From: a virus
Lineage: Duplodnaviria > Heunggongvirae > Uroviricota > Caudoviricetes
IMG/VR virus record: IMGVR_UViG_3300029849_000006
Span: 1-64,000 of that record
Strand: one strand, 5' to 3'
DNA: 64,000 bases
The translations under genes and the position numbers were made by a program. The notes beneath the pieces were generated by a model. The model worked only from the letters and a program-made list of their open reading frames with translations, searched no databases and was not told where the DNA came from. This document shows, in pieces, positions 46,251-57,551 of the stretch (position 1 is its first letter; each line of letters starts with the position of its first letter).

Positions 46251-47258
46251 TCAGACGGCAGCGTTGTTATTGCAACATCCGTTGTTACATCCGCATCCGT
46301 TATTACAGCAACCTCCTCCGAATACCTGTCCCCAAGTATAAGCCTGGTAAGGAGAACAAGAGGGGTAGGCCGGGACGGCCGTCGGGCGTAATTGACCAAC
46401 GATATTCTGGGTTTGTTGCTGAGATAATGCCGAAGCTGTCAAAGCCGCTTTTTCTTCACGAAGTTGAGCAATAGTGTTCTGCATTTCCCTCATTTCCAAC
46501 TGACAGAATTTGTCGTTGATCATAACGGTTTGGGCGTCAAGTTTCGCAGACAAGATATTGAATTGGCTTGTAGCTTGCTCACGATTGTTAGCCAGACCTT
46601 GGTTGAGACCGTTCTGCAAGACATTGGTTTGTTCCAACGTGCGAAGCTGGTTATCAAAACCTTGCTGAGTAATCATTCCCTGAGTCTGGCAAGTGCTTTG
46701 ATTGATCAACGAACTCAGATTGCAGCAGCAAGAGCTGATTTGATTTCCTATTTCACAACCTTGTTGTTGAACTGCGTTGATAACAGCCTGAGAAGTCATA
46801 CCTACCTGACCAGCTACTTTATCAATAGCACCCTGTACGTTGCAGATAGCGTTCTGAAGTTGAGTAGTAGAACAGTTCAAAGCAGAAGCAATCTGATCTA
46901 TGGCGCTACGATTACCTTGAATTGCCTGCATCAAAAGTTCACGACCGTAATCGTTATTCAACTGAGCCGGCAAACCATTGGCACAACAATCACCGCCATT
47001 TCCAAAACCGTTACCGAAGCCGCGTCCACCCCACAGCCAGAACAAAACAATTATCCAGAGCCACCAACCGTTAGCCCCACCGAAACCGTCCTGGTTGTTA
47101 CGACCGTTCATCAAAGCCGCCACCAGATTCGGATCCATTTTATTACCACCTATCAAATTAGCAAACATGCCGGGAATCATTGAAAGAAGACCGTTAGTGG
47201 CTGCACCACCACCGTTAGCCCCGGCTCCATCTAAAAGGACGATTTTATCACCACCCAT
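46251..47258 (-). CDS. Gly-rich N-terminus / Trp-rich TM helix / Gln-Asn-rich coiled coil / Cys-Asn-Gly-rich C-terminus protein (~335 aa)
   Basis: ORF track 46251..47333, start moved to MGGDKIVLLDG. Segments WWLWIIVLFWLWGG, long Q/N heptad-like region, C-terminus GGGCCNNGCGCNNGCCNNN. Confidence 0.5.
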   Translation of the reverse strand: MGGDKIVLLDGAGANGGGAATNGLLSMIPGMFANLIGGNKMDPNLVAALMNGRNNQDGFGGANGWWLWIIVLFWLWGGRGFGNGFGNGGDCCANGLPAQLNNDYGRELLMQAIQGNRSAIDQIASALNCSTTQLQNAICNVQGAIDKVAGQVGMTSQAVINAVQQQGCEIGNQISSCCCNLSSLINQSTCQTQGMITQQGFDNQLRTLEQTNVLQNGLNQGLANNREQATSQFNILSAKLDAQTVMINDKFCQLEMREMQNTIAQLREEKAALTASALSQQQTQNIVGQLRPTAVPAYPSCSPYQAYTWGQVFGGGCCNNGCGCNNGCCNNNAAV

Positions 47259-48014
47259 AATTTTATAGTATTTAATTGTTAAACATACGTGCATGAAGCA
47301 CGTAACAAAGATCATGATTGCAGGGTGGAACAAGGCTGAGTTTGTTTCCGATAAAATGGAAGGATTTTCAGTAAAAACGGAAATATAATATACAACGAGT
47401 AGTTTTCCCCATTTATGGGGAAAAATTGATAATCAGCAACTTTCGCTTTTCCTTTTTTGGGTAAAGCGCTGTAAATCAAAGCAGGATCCGCATCACTGCG
47501 AATCCTGCCTCAACCAATCTAAACTAAAATACCATGAAAAACTTTTCCCTACTAAAACTAAAGAACGAACAAATGTATGAAAATACATGCTTTTCACAAA
47601 GAATCCGTATCCTGTTCTTTGGTATGGTTAAGTACATGGGATATAGTTCTGATACTTAATCCGGTTTGATTTTGTATCAGATTATAAATATAGGATTTTG
47701 AAAATACAGTTCTTAATTGACCTAAATCATTCATAATGTTTTTATACATAAGATGAATGCTGTTGTTACGTTTGATGGTACTGATTCTCATTTCCTACTG
47801 TTATTAGTTACGTTCGGTTCTTACTTTTTCCCATTTCTATAATCCCTTCCTGAAACTAATATTGCAAATTTAATAAAAATAATCCATAAACGGAGAAAAT
47901 CTAACTTTTCTTGTATGTTATTGATATACGTGCATATATGAGAAAAGTGAGACTTTCACAAGCCTCACTTCCCAAATTATAACTATGAAAAAACTATATA
48001 TATATATACAAAAA

Positions 48015-50291
48015 TTACCTGCATTCCAATTTGTTAAGATCATCCAATTCAGACTTGCTTACGGTCATGTCTTGCGTCAAGCCAGATCTGTTTTGGTATG
48101 GAGCGTAATCAGTTTCTACCGTCTTAGCCTTCTGAGTAGAATCGTATTTCACCTCCGATTCGGTTCCTGTCAGATTTTGGTAGATAGAGCCGGAACTACT
48201 TTCGCCGACTTTAGTGAACACCGTGTTCCCTATTCTGATAAAATTATTATACAACCCTTCTACGATAACATTATCATCCTGATTAGTTATGTTATGACCC
48301 CGAACCTCATTTAAGAGATTAGGATGTTTTGTAAAAAGATCGTGATAGAAATCAGAACCGGCATATAACATATCATAATAATCCAAATAGAACAGATCTG
48401 TAAAAGAAGGATCGGTGCTGCTCATGCTATACTCAAATAACTGCTCACGATCATTACCTGCCAAAGATAGTTCAATTTGTTTTAACGTATCCTGATCTGA
48501 AACGGTAAGACCCAGTAAATGATCTGGTTTAAAGTCAAGATACTTGTATGCTCCTTCGTACACTTCTGTATTATGAAGCTTATTTTCAAGATAAGATTGG
48601 TATAAATCGAATAAGAGTAAAGGATTCTCTTTGTCCTGCTTTCTGTTTATGTATCGGCTAAACTCCCGTTCTTCGTTAACATACGGGCTTACAGGAATAA
48701 TAAGATGACCGAATGCCAATCTGGTAGCATTCATCTCTTCCGTATTCTGAGAATCGGTGTAAGACAGGACGTATTTTTTAATAGAATCAGCAAGGACCTT
48801 ACTATCTACGTTTTCCACGCTACGCTTATCTAAAACACCGTCCTTAAAACAATATTCAGGATAGATAGCAGGTGGGAAATAAGTTAGACTCTGCTTGGCA
48901 AGCTCGGCAGCCATATCGTATAAATCACTTAAATTATCTCTTTCTACCTTATGATATAGGTTTCCACCAAGATAAAGCAGGGAATGATTTTCAAATGCCA
49001 ATACCGGATCTATGTCAGATTCCATATAAACGATATTCATATTATCCATATACTCTGGCAAAAACATAACACGGCGATCCTGGCTATCTCCAAGAACGTC
49101 ATCAATAGCAGAAGCTAAGGTAGGAGCATAAGTATCATCGTTGCGCCTTGCTACATAAATATCAAGATCCAACATCAAGCTATCAATTTTATTCAGCGAT
49201 TCTTCTGTTCCGTCATATGCCTTAGACACGCCTACGATATCTATACCAAGACCCACACAGGCCTCTTCTACGTCCCATATCATACTTCTAAGGTCTTCTT
49301 CTGTATCAGCATTAACCCTATTTAGAAAGGCTGATATACGAGCTCGTAATGACTCAGATCCAATAGGGCTATAATAAGCATAATCTTGCAACTTTGATAA
49401 TGACCGCCTCTTCCCTTCTACGATATTATTATCTTCTAAAGTTACAACCGGAACGATGTTCATATTCGAAAATTCGTTGAACATCGACAAGGCAAAACTC
49501 TTATCCGACTGATATCTTTCAACTAACTCCGGATATGAATCAGATAAAGATCCGAAAGCAGCATCAAACTCTGAAGCAACACTAATACCTCCTACTGTAT
49601 TTTTTATAGCCTCATAAACTTCAGCCGGATTGTATGATGCTCTCTTTCCTAATTTATTGAAGACGCCTTTTTTATACACAACAGGACCGTATGGTTTTTC
49701 TACGGTTGTGAAGTAAGACTCTTTCCCAAGATCGTGTTCGTTATTGGAATAATCTAACAATAGCCTCATAAAAGAGCTAACCTCATTGAGTACAGAAGGA
49801 TTATCCAATATCCTACTTATTTCCGTCTCATTATACAAGCCGGATCTTCTTAGATTTTCTTCATTTAGGATAAGATTGCCATCCACATAGAAAGAGCTTC
49901 TAACTCTATTAATAAGAGATTGTATGCTATATATGGAATTGGATATCATAACATCTCTTACATCCTTAACATCCTGAGCCGTTAAAGGATCAGCAAAATA
50001 AGTCTGACGCTTCATATACGACAGCACATCTTCTAAAAGAGGTTCTCCATTGGGATCGGTATTAAACATCTCCCCTGGAGCCGGGTTATTCCAATGACTG
50101 TAATACGACAAAAAATCAGAAGTGTAAGCCTTAGCCCATACCTGAAGGGCCCGCTCGCTGTTTCCTAATAATTTTAAGGCACTTCCGTAAAGAACGGAAG
50201 GCTCCCCGTTAGGAGCCTTAACCCGTTTTATTTCATTTTCCTTTTTTTCTATCTGACATTTGACACCCATTGTAATTAACTTTTTTTGCAA
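48015..50291 (-). CDS. large structural-module protein (758 aa)
   Basis: ORF track; long uninterrupted ORF in the - strand block. Confidence 0.65.
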   Translation of the reverse strand: MQKKLITMGVKCQIEKKENEIKRVKAPNGEPSVLYGSALKLLGNSERALQVWAKAYTSDFLSYYSHWNNPAPGEMFNTDPNGEPLLEDVLSYMKRQTYFADPLTAQDVKDVRDVMISNSIYSIQSLINRVRSSFYVDGNLILNEENLRRSGLYNETEISRILDNPSVLNEVSSFMRLLLDYSNNEHDLGKESYFTTVEKPYGPVVYKKGVFNKLGKRASYNPAEVYEAIKNTVGGISVASEFDAAFGSLSDSYPELVERYQSDKSFALSMFNEFSNMNIVPVVTLEDNNIVEGKRRSLSKLQDYAYYSPIGSESLRARISAFLNRVNADTEEDLRSMIWDVEEACVGLGIDIVGVSKAYDGTEESLNKIDSLMLDLDIYVARRNDDTYAPTLASAIDDVLGDSQDRRVMFLPEYMDNMNIVYMESDIDPVLAFENHSLLYLGGNLYHKVERDNLSDLYDMAAELAKQSLTYFPPAIYPEYCFKDGVLDKRSVENVDSKVLADSIKKYVLSYTDSQNTEEMNATRLAFGHLIIPVSPYVNEEREFSRYINRKQDKENPLLLFDLYQSYLENKLHNTEVYEGAYKYLDFKPDHLLGLTVSDQDTLKQIELSLAGNDREQLFEYSMSSTDPSFTDLFYLDYYDMLYAGSDFYHDLFTKHPNLLNEVRGHNITNQDDNVIVEGLYNNFIRIGNTVFTKVGESSSGSIYQNLTGTESEVKYDSTQKAKTVETDYAPYQNRSGLTQDMTVSKSELDDLNKLECR

Positions 50292-50297
50292 AGTTAA

Positions 50298-50792
50298 TTA
50301 TAAAACCGACTTATACAATGACGGATCCCAAATTCCTTCTATATAAATCTCCGGAAAACTCAAACTGCCATCACGAAGAGTGGTGACTTCCAAGCTGGGA
50401 ATGTTGAAAACAGTACTGGCACTACCAAACTCACCATTCAACTTGATAGCATTTCCGCTGTTATTAGCCTCATAATAAAAATAACAATAATTTTCATTAA
50501 TGCTTGGATCATATTCGTACCAATATGTTAGATCTTGTATATGATCTTCTATGTTACCAATTTTGTTTTCACCTAATATAAAAATACCATTATTACTATG
50601 ATTATAAACCATAGATTCATAACCACCATAATTCCAATTACTATTAAACATTATGTAACTAACATCAGAATCATGATCTTTTAATACAGGTCCTATATGT
50701 ATATGAATTTTATTAAACTGACATACATAAGGTCTTTTTCCTCCAAGCCTTTTTATATCCTCATTAGATAACTTATTATAACATCCTCCCAC
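50298..50792 (-). CDS. hypothetical protein (164 aa)
   Basis: ORF track; 6-nt gap to the next gene. Confidence 0.5.
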   Translation of the reverse strand: MGGCYNKLSNEDIKRLGGKRPYVCQFNKIHIHIGPVLKDHDSDVSYIMFNSNWNYGGYESMVYNHSNNGIFILGENKIGNIEDHIQDLTYWYEYDPSINENYCYFYYEANNSGNAIKLNGEFGSASTVFNIPSLEVTTLRDGSLSFPEIYIEGIWDPSLYKSVL

Positions 50793-50831
50793 GAAATTAT
50801 CCGCAGCATTAAAAAAATCTCCTTCTCATAC

Positions 50832-53800
50832 TCAACACTCCTTATTTAACTCATTTATCGAATCCGAATTATCAGAACCTTCTACAAGATTCTTATTCCT
50901 ATCTATCTCTTCCTGGCTCATATTACTAATCATATTTTGTATTTTCCTACCAGATTGAGATAAAGAACGGATGAATGCGCTGGAACTTATCTTAACTCCA
51001 AGATCCGGTTTTGCCCTAAACGCTTCACCGGTACTGATATTATACAAATCATACACACCTGAGTTCATATAGAATTTATATATCCAGTTTCCACCAGCTT
51101 TTTTGTACCCTAATTTGGTTAACTCGACTACACTCATACCAAATTTAATGCCATTACGACCCATTATCTTCTCCGGTATAGGTTCTACCTTAGCCGGAAC
51201 AGATGTATATGCTTCATCGCCGCCGTACAGGAAATAAGGGGTTGTCACCCTTGATATGTGAGTAAGCGACTCTTCGGATATACGAGGTTCGTCTTTCGCA
51301 GCCTTAGATCCTTTCCTTAGATTGGATATTCTAATAAAAGGATCGTATGTCAAAAAGGTTAAGCCGTATTCTACTTTATAACCTGATACGCCGTTAAGGT
51401 CCCTTATAGCCTTAGTCGTATGCGAGTGATTGATGGTGTCTATACCATACCTTGATTCCATATCGGTCATAATACTATTAACCTCATCTCCCTCTACATA
51501 AACCTCTTCTCCTTCCGGGATAGAGGTTATGCCGGCAGCCCTTCTAAGTAGCCATAAAGTAACTTCAGCAATGTCAGAGAACTTATCTCCGTTCTTCCTA
51601 TAGTTATCTACTCTTCCTTCTTCAGATCCAGGTAATTCGACATTTCTTTCAACTTCGACATTTGTTCTGGATTGTCCTTTGCCTTCTCCATCTCCCTTTT
51701 TATCGCCATCTTCCTCAGTGCGTACTGCACCGCCTTCTGCACTTCCTTCTTTTCCATCATTTAAAATATTATCTGATTCTGACTCTATAGACTCCACGAC
51801 AGCATCATACTCTGGTATGCCGCTAAGGAAATCTGCTACGTTATTCAAAAACTCTATTTTTTCCTCGTTTGTCATATCAAGGCTTTCCACGGGCTCCCAT
51901 ATGGCAGGCAAGTTGTTTGATTTTATTGCAGTAGAAACATCTTCTACAGTTTTATTATCCACCGTAGGCAAAACTTTAGAAACCAAACTATTGATATCAG
52001 ATTCCATTTTTTCTACTTCCTCTTTTGTGCCATATTCTTTTAGGGTATCCATGCCATTGACTCTAAGAGAATAATTCAAAGCCTTGCTTGGAACAAAATT
52101 AATATATTTCAAAAAGTTTTTCAACTCTGATATAATTTGTTCGTCAGATCTTGGCCCAACATAATCAACCACCACCTGATCTGTTTGAGAACGAAGCCAA
52201 AAAACGTATTCTTCTAAGGTCTTACCACCTTTACTGGAAGGAGTGGATATTTTATCACCTACTGTTCCTTTAGGCTCTAATCCCATTTCTTCCTTAAGGC
52301 TTTTAGGATTACCTCTCTCACGAAGAAACCTCAAATCACCTCCTACAATCTTCCTTGCTATAAAATCAAAAATATTAGCATAAGACGGCAATCCTTCTTT
52401 TTCTATATGAGATTCTATTTCGTTTAACATAAGAGAGAAGTTTTTCCTGGAGGTACGCTTCTTGCCAGGTAAAGACCGCGCAGCTTGTGCCGCAGGAGTC
52501 GGCTGAGCTAATGGCGCTGGCTGAGTCTCCCGGACAGCCCCTTCCTCTGGCATTTCCTCTTCATAAACATCCACGTCTTCTTTAGAAGTAACGGTCTTAC
52601 CCTCATCAGAGAAAGGAAGATCATCCTCTATAAGCGACTTAGGACTGGAAGATGATTTACCAAACTGAATCCTGATCTTAGGAGCGACAAACATCTCACC
52701 TTCGAAATCTATTCCAGATTCTACTTCAGACGTCACAATGTCTTTCACGCTCCTACTTCCATCTTCTACCCACTTAACAACATCAGGAACTGTAGATAAT
52801 TTTTCTATAGCCTCACGAGCTTTTCTAAGCCCTGAAATAGGATTCAAATACGATACTTGATACGAAGCCGGATCAAGACCTAACTTGGTTAGATACGCAT
52901 TAAGATCTTGTATATCATCTTGACCCATCTGTAGCAATTCAGAATCACCGGATTCAAGCAGCATATCTATAAAAGACATCCATTTCTGCCCTTCCTCTGA
53001 TTCCACAGAACGTAGGCTAACTGGGAAAAGATAATTAAGACCGTTTTTACCTTTGATGACAACTACCGGAACTCTTACATTTTTGTAATTATTCCCCTTG
53101 TCATTTAATATAGAATAAGCAAATGGGAAGCCTGTGTATTTAGATCCGTTCTTAAGCACGACTTTACCATTTAATACATATCCGACATCAGATACTTTTT
53201 CAGCACCTTTTTCGGTAATAGGGAGATTTTCTACCTGGCCATATCCTTGACCGTTCACCTTCATGTTAAACACCGGTCTTCCGGGAAGGGTCTGGGCAAC
53301 AACATGCGTGCCGACGCCGATGGTAGCCGACCGGCCGGCGTCCTTCTTCCACTTGTTAAAAGCCGTTCTTCTTATTTTACTTATACCATCTATGCCTCCT
53401 GTATCAGCTTTTACAACAGAAACGAATCTGTTCCCACTCATGACCTTGATAACCATATTGGATACCAGTTTATTCTCAGCAGATTCTATTCTTTTTTTAT
53501 CGCCGGACTGAACAGCGTCATTGTATTCGGCAAAAAGAGACTGATTATAGGTATCATTTACATCTATTTCGAGATTAACCTTATCTCCTTTTTTCAAAGA
53601 AGATAATGCTTCCTGATCTATTTTATCTACCTCATTCTCTCCGAATCCGACACCTGTTCTGTACGGAACCAATTCATCTGAATCAAGACGCTTATAAACC
53701 AAAGAATAGGAATTACCCACGTCCTGAATAGACACGTCTGTGTAACGGTTAAGAACACGAGCCGATTCTTTGTCTATAGACCATCTCGCATGATAAGGCA

Positions 53801-56800
53801 GTTCAATTATAGTAGTCGTTTCTCCACCTATGTTAAGAGAATACCTTTTAGTACCATTAGCGTTCGTTTCAGAGCTTATTTGAATAGGAACCAATGATTT
53901 TATAGAAGATATAAATTTATCGGCTCTAAGACCCGCAATTTCATACCTTTCGTTGCCATCGTTGGATATTCTTCTAACCATCAACGTCTCTGGATTTTGG
54001 GCACTATCTATGTTAGCTCCAGGCGTATTATCGGATTCATCTAACTCATTTACAAGAGAATCTATATTGGTATCATCCTCCCCAAAATTACTTAACGTAG
54101 ATTCGGAAATACGACCTTTATCAATAATCCTGTTTTGTTCGATATAAGGAAGGAGATCTGTGATGTTTCCAACCTGGCCAAGATCTTCTATGGTAAATAC
54201 AGAATCGGCAAGCTTATCTTCGTCAACCTTCTCCCCTTTATCCCGTCTGTTCATTATATCAACATACGAAGAAATAGCATCATCAAGTTCCTTCCTTTGA
54301 TCTGGTTCCAAATTGGATTTAGCCATATCAATAATAGCTTTATTATCCTCATACACAGATCGATGTTCAGTAAGTCTCCTAACTTTATCTGATAAATCTT
54401 TTATCATCTTAGCCGGACTATCACCAAGATTTGATATATAATCATCAATATCCTGTTTATACTTTTCATATATCTCCTTCTCCCTTGGAGATAAAAGATC
54501 TTGATTACCTGTATATATCTTATCTACGATACGTTCTTTAACCTCTATAGGTGCAGACAAAAGATCTTCCATTGCCGACTCATAATCAAAATCAGACAAT
54601 ATATCTTCTTTCGGCTTCTGAGTTATACCATCGTTTAGATGACCAAATACTTTCATGGTAAATGCTTCATCTGAATTTATTTCTCCATTATTCAGAAGCT
54701 CATCTATTTTTTCATCCAAACTGATATTATTACCCTCTGTCTGGTAAAAACGATCACTTTCTATAGATTTAGTATTAGAAGATACCATATCATTTAAGAA
54801 CTTAGAAAATAAAGAAAAATCATGTCTCATGAATTTCTTATCCTGTATGGAGTTCATAAATGACCGTAAAACCTTATATTGGGTAATGGCTTTCTGGTAT
54901 TTCACCACCATATTTCTTAAATCCTCTGCTTCTTTCTTCCCTTTATTATTCTCAATATAAGTACTTAAAGAAGCTACAGAGTCATAAGCTTTCAATATAT
55001 CTTCAGCAGTTATTGTTTCGGATTTAAACAACTCAAGAGCTAATACTCCAGGATCAAAAGAATAAAATACTTCTTTATAACTACTAAGAAGATCTTCTGA
55101 CAACCTTCTATATTCCTTATTAAGATTATCGTATTTAATAGTTTTTTGTTTTATAGCCTCTGCTTCGGTATCATTGCCATCCTCTACTCTTCTCGGAGTT
55201 GTAGCCAACCTCTCTATTTCAGCATTCAGATCATTGATCTCATTACGCAATTCCCTTAACTGATTAACTGTATCAAAAGCTTGACTTGATAATGAATAAA
55301 ACGTATTTATATCATCAAACAAATTATTGTCATTTACATAATCAGCAATATCATTTGATGCTTCCATTGCTATATCTTCTGCATCCAACCCCTTAAACAC
55401 AGCATTAGCAACATTAGATCGATAAAGATCAGATGAAGTCTCAGCAGTAATAGCCTCAGCAAAAGAAGAAGCTTTTTTATAATTGGCTAACTTCTTATCA
55501 AAATCTTTTATAATATCTTCCTTGTATTTTTTAACAGTTTCTTCATCTACTTTCATTTCAGAAGCCAACTCATTTTCGTCAAGGCTTTTAACCATTGACC
55601 TGAAATTGTTAGCCGTATCCTCTAACATTCCCATTCTGTCAGATAATTCAAATTTAGAATAATAATCTGATTCAGGATCATTCATTTGAGCATTAAATTC
55701 GGCTAAATTTCGCATAGAGTCTTTTACGGATTGAGAAGTAAAAGCATTATTACTATTAAATTTCTCAACATCAGTATTAATAGTACGCTCTTTATTTCTC
55801 CTTTCATATAAACCAAAAGCACCATTTCTGGCTCCAAATAAACCACCAATCAGGGCTCCTATGCCAATCTCTTTCAATCCTTCTTTGGTTGTAAATTGTT
55901 CAGCTATGGCCTTAGAAAAAGAATCAACTATAGAAGACGTAGCATCAAGATACGTCTTATCATATCTTGATCTAATAAAATCTTCTCCCATGCGCTGAGC
56001 AACACCTTGCATGCCTTCCTCCCATACACCTTCAGATATGGGTCTTTTAGATACATTCCAAATAGTAGCTAAGGATTTCTGGAATAAATTTGCTTTTACC
56101 GTCTGTAATCTTCCAGCATCACCCGCTACCTTCTTAGTCCCTAATCCAAACAAATAGCGATCTACAAAACTCTTTGATCCCCTATATGTGTTTGATACAC
56201 CCTTTAATCCAGGTATGTATTTAGAAGCAAAACCAGTGTCTACTCCAAGATATTTTCCCAGAAGAAGATAATTGGATAATCCAACTATACCCATATTAGC
56301 TAAAAATATGCTGTTTGCCGTATCGGAAATAGAACTCTTAAATTCAGCCATCTCAGACTGATTAGGATTCCGACCATACATATTTTTAAAATATTCCTTG
56401 TATTTACTTTCAGAGTCTTTCATAAAGGACTGAGCCTCCACGGCAGACTCCCAGCCGGCGCCCACAAACGTATTTACTCCTACCTTGGCCATATTGCCTA
56501 TGGCCCTGCCGTACATCGCTCCTGCCCTATACGCTCCAAAAGCAGATTTTACAGCACTTGCCGCAATCTTAGACGCCGCCATCTTTCCGGCCACCCTCAT
56601 CCCTACTTTAGCACCAACAGCTCCAAGACTTGACACACCCATCCCACCTGTAAGGTAGGCAGACAAAATAGCTCCTGTCGTAAACGATAGACCATTTCCA
56701 ATAACATCATTAAAAATAAAATTTGCAGTTCCAAGACTCTGCAAAAATCCCATATCACGTTCTTCTCTTGTATAATAATGAGGAAGAGAGTGGTTTATTC

Positions 56801-57548
56801 TTTCATCTATATCATTTATGGTTCGTGTAAAATCATTGTCAAATGCAGAAGATAACGTACCAGTCTTTATAAGATTATACGCAGCCGGGATAATACCTAC
56901 TACTCCTGATACACCATATAATGCTGTTTTTGTGACAAGCTTCCCTATGCCATTAACAGCCTTATTCCAAGTAGTTTGACTTCTTCCGTAATAATCTTCA
57001 TTATCCCTTCCTGGCATATAACTTTTAAACTTTGCAAGACCGATGTTCCCATCGGATAAAAAGTCATATGCTTCATCTAACTTAATAGTTCTTCCTTTAC
57101 CAAATACACCAAAATCAGCAGCAGATGACTGTTGATTACCAGCTATAACCTCACCATAAGACGTTTGTTTACCAGAATAAGTATTCCTTGATTTATCTTG
57201 AATAGATTTTATCATGGAATTTAACTTATTATAAGACTCCTCTTTCTTCTTTCTTGGATCATCTCCACCATTCAGAGCCGATTTTAGTCCAGAAAAAGAT
57301 GTGTCTACATCAAAAGAAGTATCTATTCCGCTAATATCATATCCTTTTTCTGAATCATCATCAGGATTTATGGCTGATACCGGGGGAGTATATGAACCTA
57401 CTTTCATCCTCTCCATCTCTCTTTTTGCTCCCTCAATAAGAGAAGATTCTTCTTCATATCGCGTAGGAACTCCGGCATTATACCCTCTCAATCCAGTAGA
57501 TGGTAAGAAACCTGATTTCTCTACCAATGTCTGTTCCTTATTTTCCAT
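50832..57548 (-). CDS. giant virion-associated protein (2238 aa)
   Basis: 6.7-kb uninterrupted ORF with Gly/Ala-rich segments, an internal Pro/Ala-rich linker and an acidic KKGDGEGKG region; function not assignable by eye. Confidence 0.7.
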   Translation of the reverse strand: MENKEQTLVEKSGFLPSTGLRGYNAGVPTRYEEESSLIEGAKREMERMKVGSYTPPVSAINPDDDSEKGYDISGIDTSFDVDTSFSGLKSALNGGDDPRKKKEESYNKLNSMIKSIQDKSRNTYSGKQTSYGEVIAGNQQSSAADFGVFGKGRTIKLDEAYDFLSDGNIGLAKFKSYMPGRDNEDYYGRSQTTWNKAVNGIGKLVTKTALYGVSGVVGIIPAAYNLIKTGTLSSAFDNDFTRTINDIDERINHSLPHYYTREERDMGFLQSLGTANFIFNDVIGNGLSFTTGAILSAYLTGGMGVSSLGAVGAKVGMRVAGKMAASKIAASAVKSAFGAYRAGAMYGRAIGNMAKVGVNTFVGAGWESAVEAQSFMKDSESKYKEYFKNMYGRNPNQSEMAEFKSSISDTANSIFLANMGIVGLSNYLLLGKYLGVDTGFASKYIPGLKGVSNTYRGSKSFVDRYLFGLGTKKVAGDAGRLQTVKANLFQKSLATIWNVSKRPISEGVWEEGMQGVAQRMGEDFIRSRYDKTYLDATSSIVDSFSKAIAEQFTTKEGLKEIGIGALIGGLFGARNGAFGLYERRNKERTINTDVEKFNSNNAFTSQSVKDSMRNLAEFNAQMNDPESDYYSKFELSDRMGMLEDTANNFRSMVKSLDENELASEMKVDEETVKKYKEDIIKDFDKKLANYKKASSFAEAITAETSSDLYRSNVANAVFKGLDAEDIAMEASNDIADYVNDNNLFDDINTFYSLSSQAFDTVNQLRELRNEINDLNAEIERLATTPRRVEDGNDTEAEAIKQKTIKYDNLNKEYRRLSEDLLSSYKEVFYSFDPGVLALELFKSETITAEDILKAYDSVASLSTYIENNKGKKEAEDLRNMVVKYQKAITQYKVLRSFMNSIQDKKFMRHDFSLFSKFLNDMVSSNTKSIESDRFYQTEGNNISLDEKIDELLNNGEINSDEAFTMKVFGHLNDGITQKPKEDILSDFDYESAMEDLLSAPIEVKERIVDKIYTGNQDLLSPREKEIYEKYKQDIDDYISNLGDSPAKMIKDLSDKVRRLTEHRSVYEDNKAIIDMAKSNLEPDQRKELDDAISSYVDIMNRRDKGEKVDEDKLADSVFTIEDLGQVGNITDLLPYIEQNRIIDKGRISESTLSNFGEDDTNIDSLVNELDESDNTPGANIDSAQNPETLMVRRISNDGNERYEIAGLRADKFISSIKSLVPIQISSETNANGTKRYSLNIGGETTTIIELPYHARWSIDKESARVLNRYTDVSIQDVGNSYSLVYKRLDSDELVPYRTGVGFGENEVDKIDQEALSSLKKGDKVNLEIDVNDTYNQSLFAEYNDAVQSGDKKRIESAENKLVSNMVIKVMSGNRFVSVVKADTGGIDGISKIRRTAFNKWKKDAGRSATIGVGTHVVAQTLPGRPVFNMKVNGQGYGQVENLPITEKGAEKVSDVGYVLNGKVVLKNGSKYTGFPFAYSILNDKGNNYKNVRVPVVVIKGKNGLNYLFPVSLRSVESEEGQKWMSFIDMLLESGDSELLQMGQDDIQDLNAYLTKLGLDPASYQVSYLNPISGLRKAREAIEKLSTVPDVVKWVEDGSRSVKDIVTSEVESGIDFEGEMFVAPKIRIQFGKSSSSPKSLIEDDLPFSDEGKTVTSKEDVDVYEEEMPEEGAVRETQPAPLAQPTPAAQAARSLPGKKRTSRKNFSLMLNEIESHIEKEGLPSYANIFDFIARKIVGGDLRFLRERGNPKSLKEEMGLEPKGTVGDKISTPSSKGGKTLEEYVFWLRSQTDQVVVDYVGPRSDEQIISELKNFLKYINFVPSKALNYSLRVNGMDTLKEYGTKEEVEKMESDINSLVSKVLPTVDNKTVEDVSTAIKSNNLPAIWEPVESLDMTNEEKIEFLNNVADFLSGIPEYDAVVESIESESDNILNDGKEGSAEGGAVRTEEDGDKKGDGEGKGQSRTNVEVERNVELPGSEEGRVDNYRKNGDKFSDIAEVTLWLLRRAAGITSIPEGEEVYVEGDEVNSIMTDMESRYGIDTINHSHTTKAIRDLNGVSGYKVEYGLTFLTYDPFIRISNLRKGSKAAKDEPRISEESLTHISRVTTPYFLYGGDEAYTSVPAKVEPIPEKIMGRNGIKFGMSVVELTKLGYKKAGGNWIYKFYMNSGVYDLYNISTGEAFRAKPDLGVKISSSAFIRSLSQSGRKIQNMISNMSQEEIDRNKNLVEGSDNSDSINELNKEC

Positions 57549-57551
57549 ATA

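Noticed and set aside
47340-47520. Palindromes TTTTCCCCATTTATGGGGAAAA and GCAGGATCCGCATCACTGCGAATCCTGC in the 680-bp gap between - strand genes
   Set aside because: They are real inverted repeats in the sequence, but neither has a clean flanking U-tract. They could be operator-like sites or weak terminators, and their function cannot be decided from sequence.
35257-57548. Definite assignment of a giant ORF as virion RNA polymerase
   Set aside because: No unambiguous DxDGD or NADFDGD motif was found by eye; left as a hypothesis.
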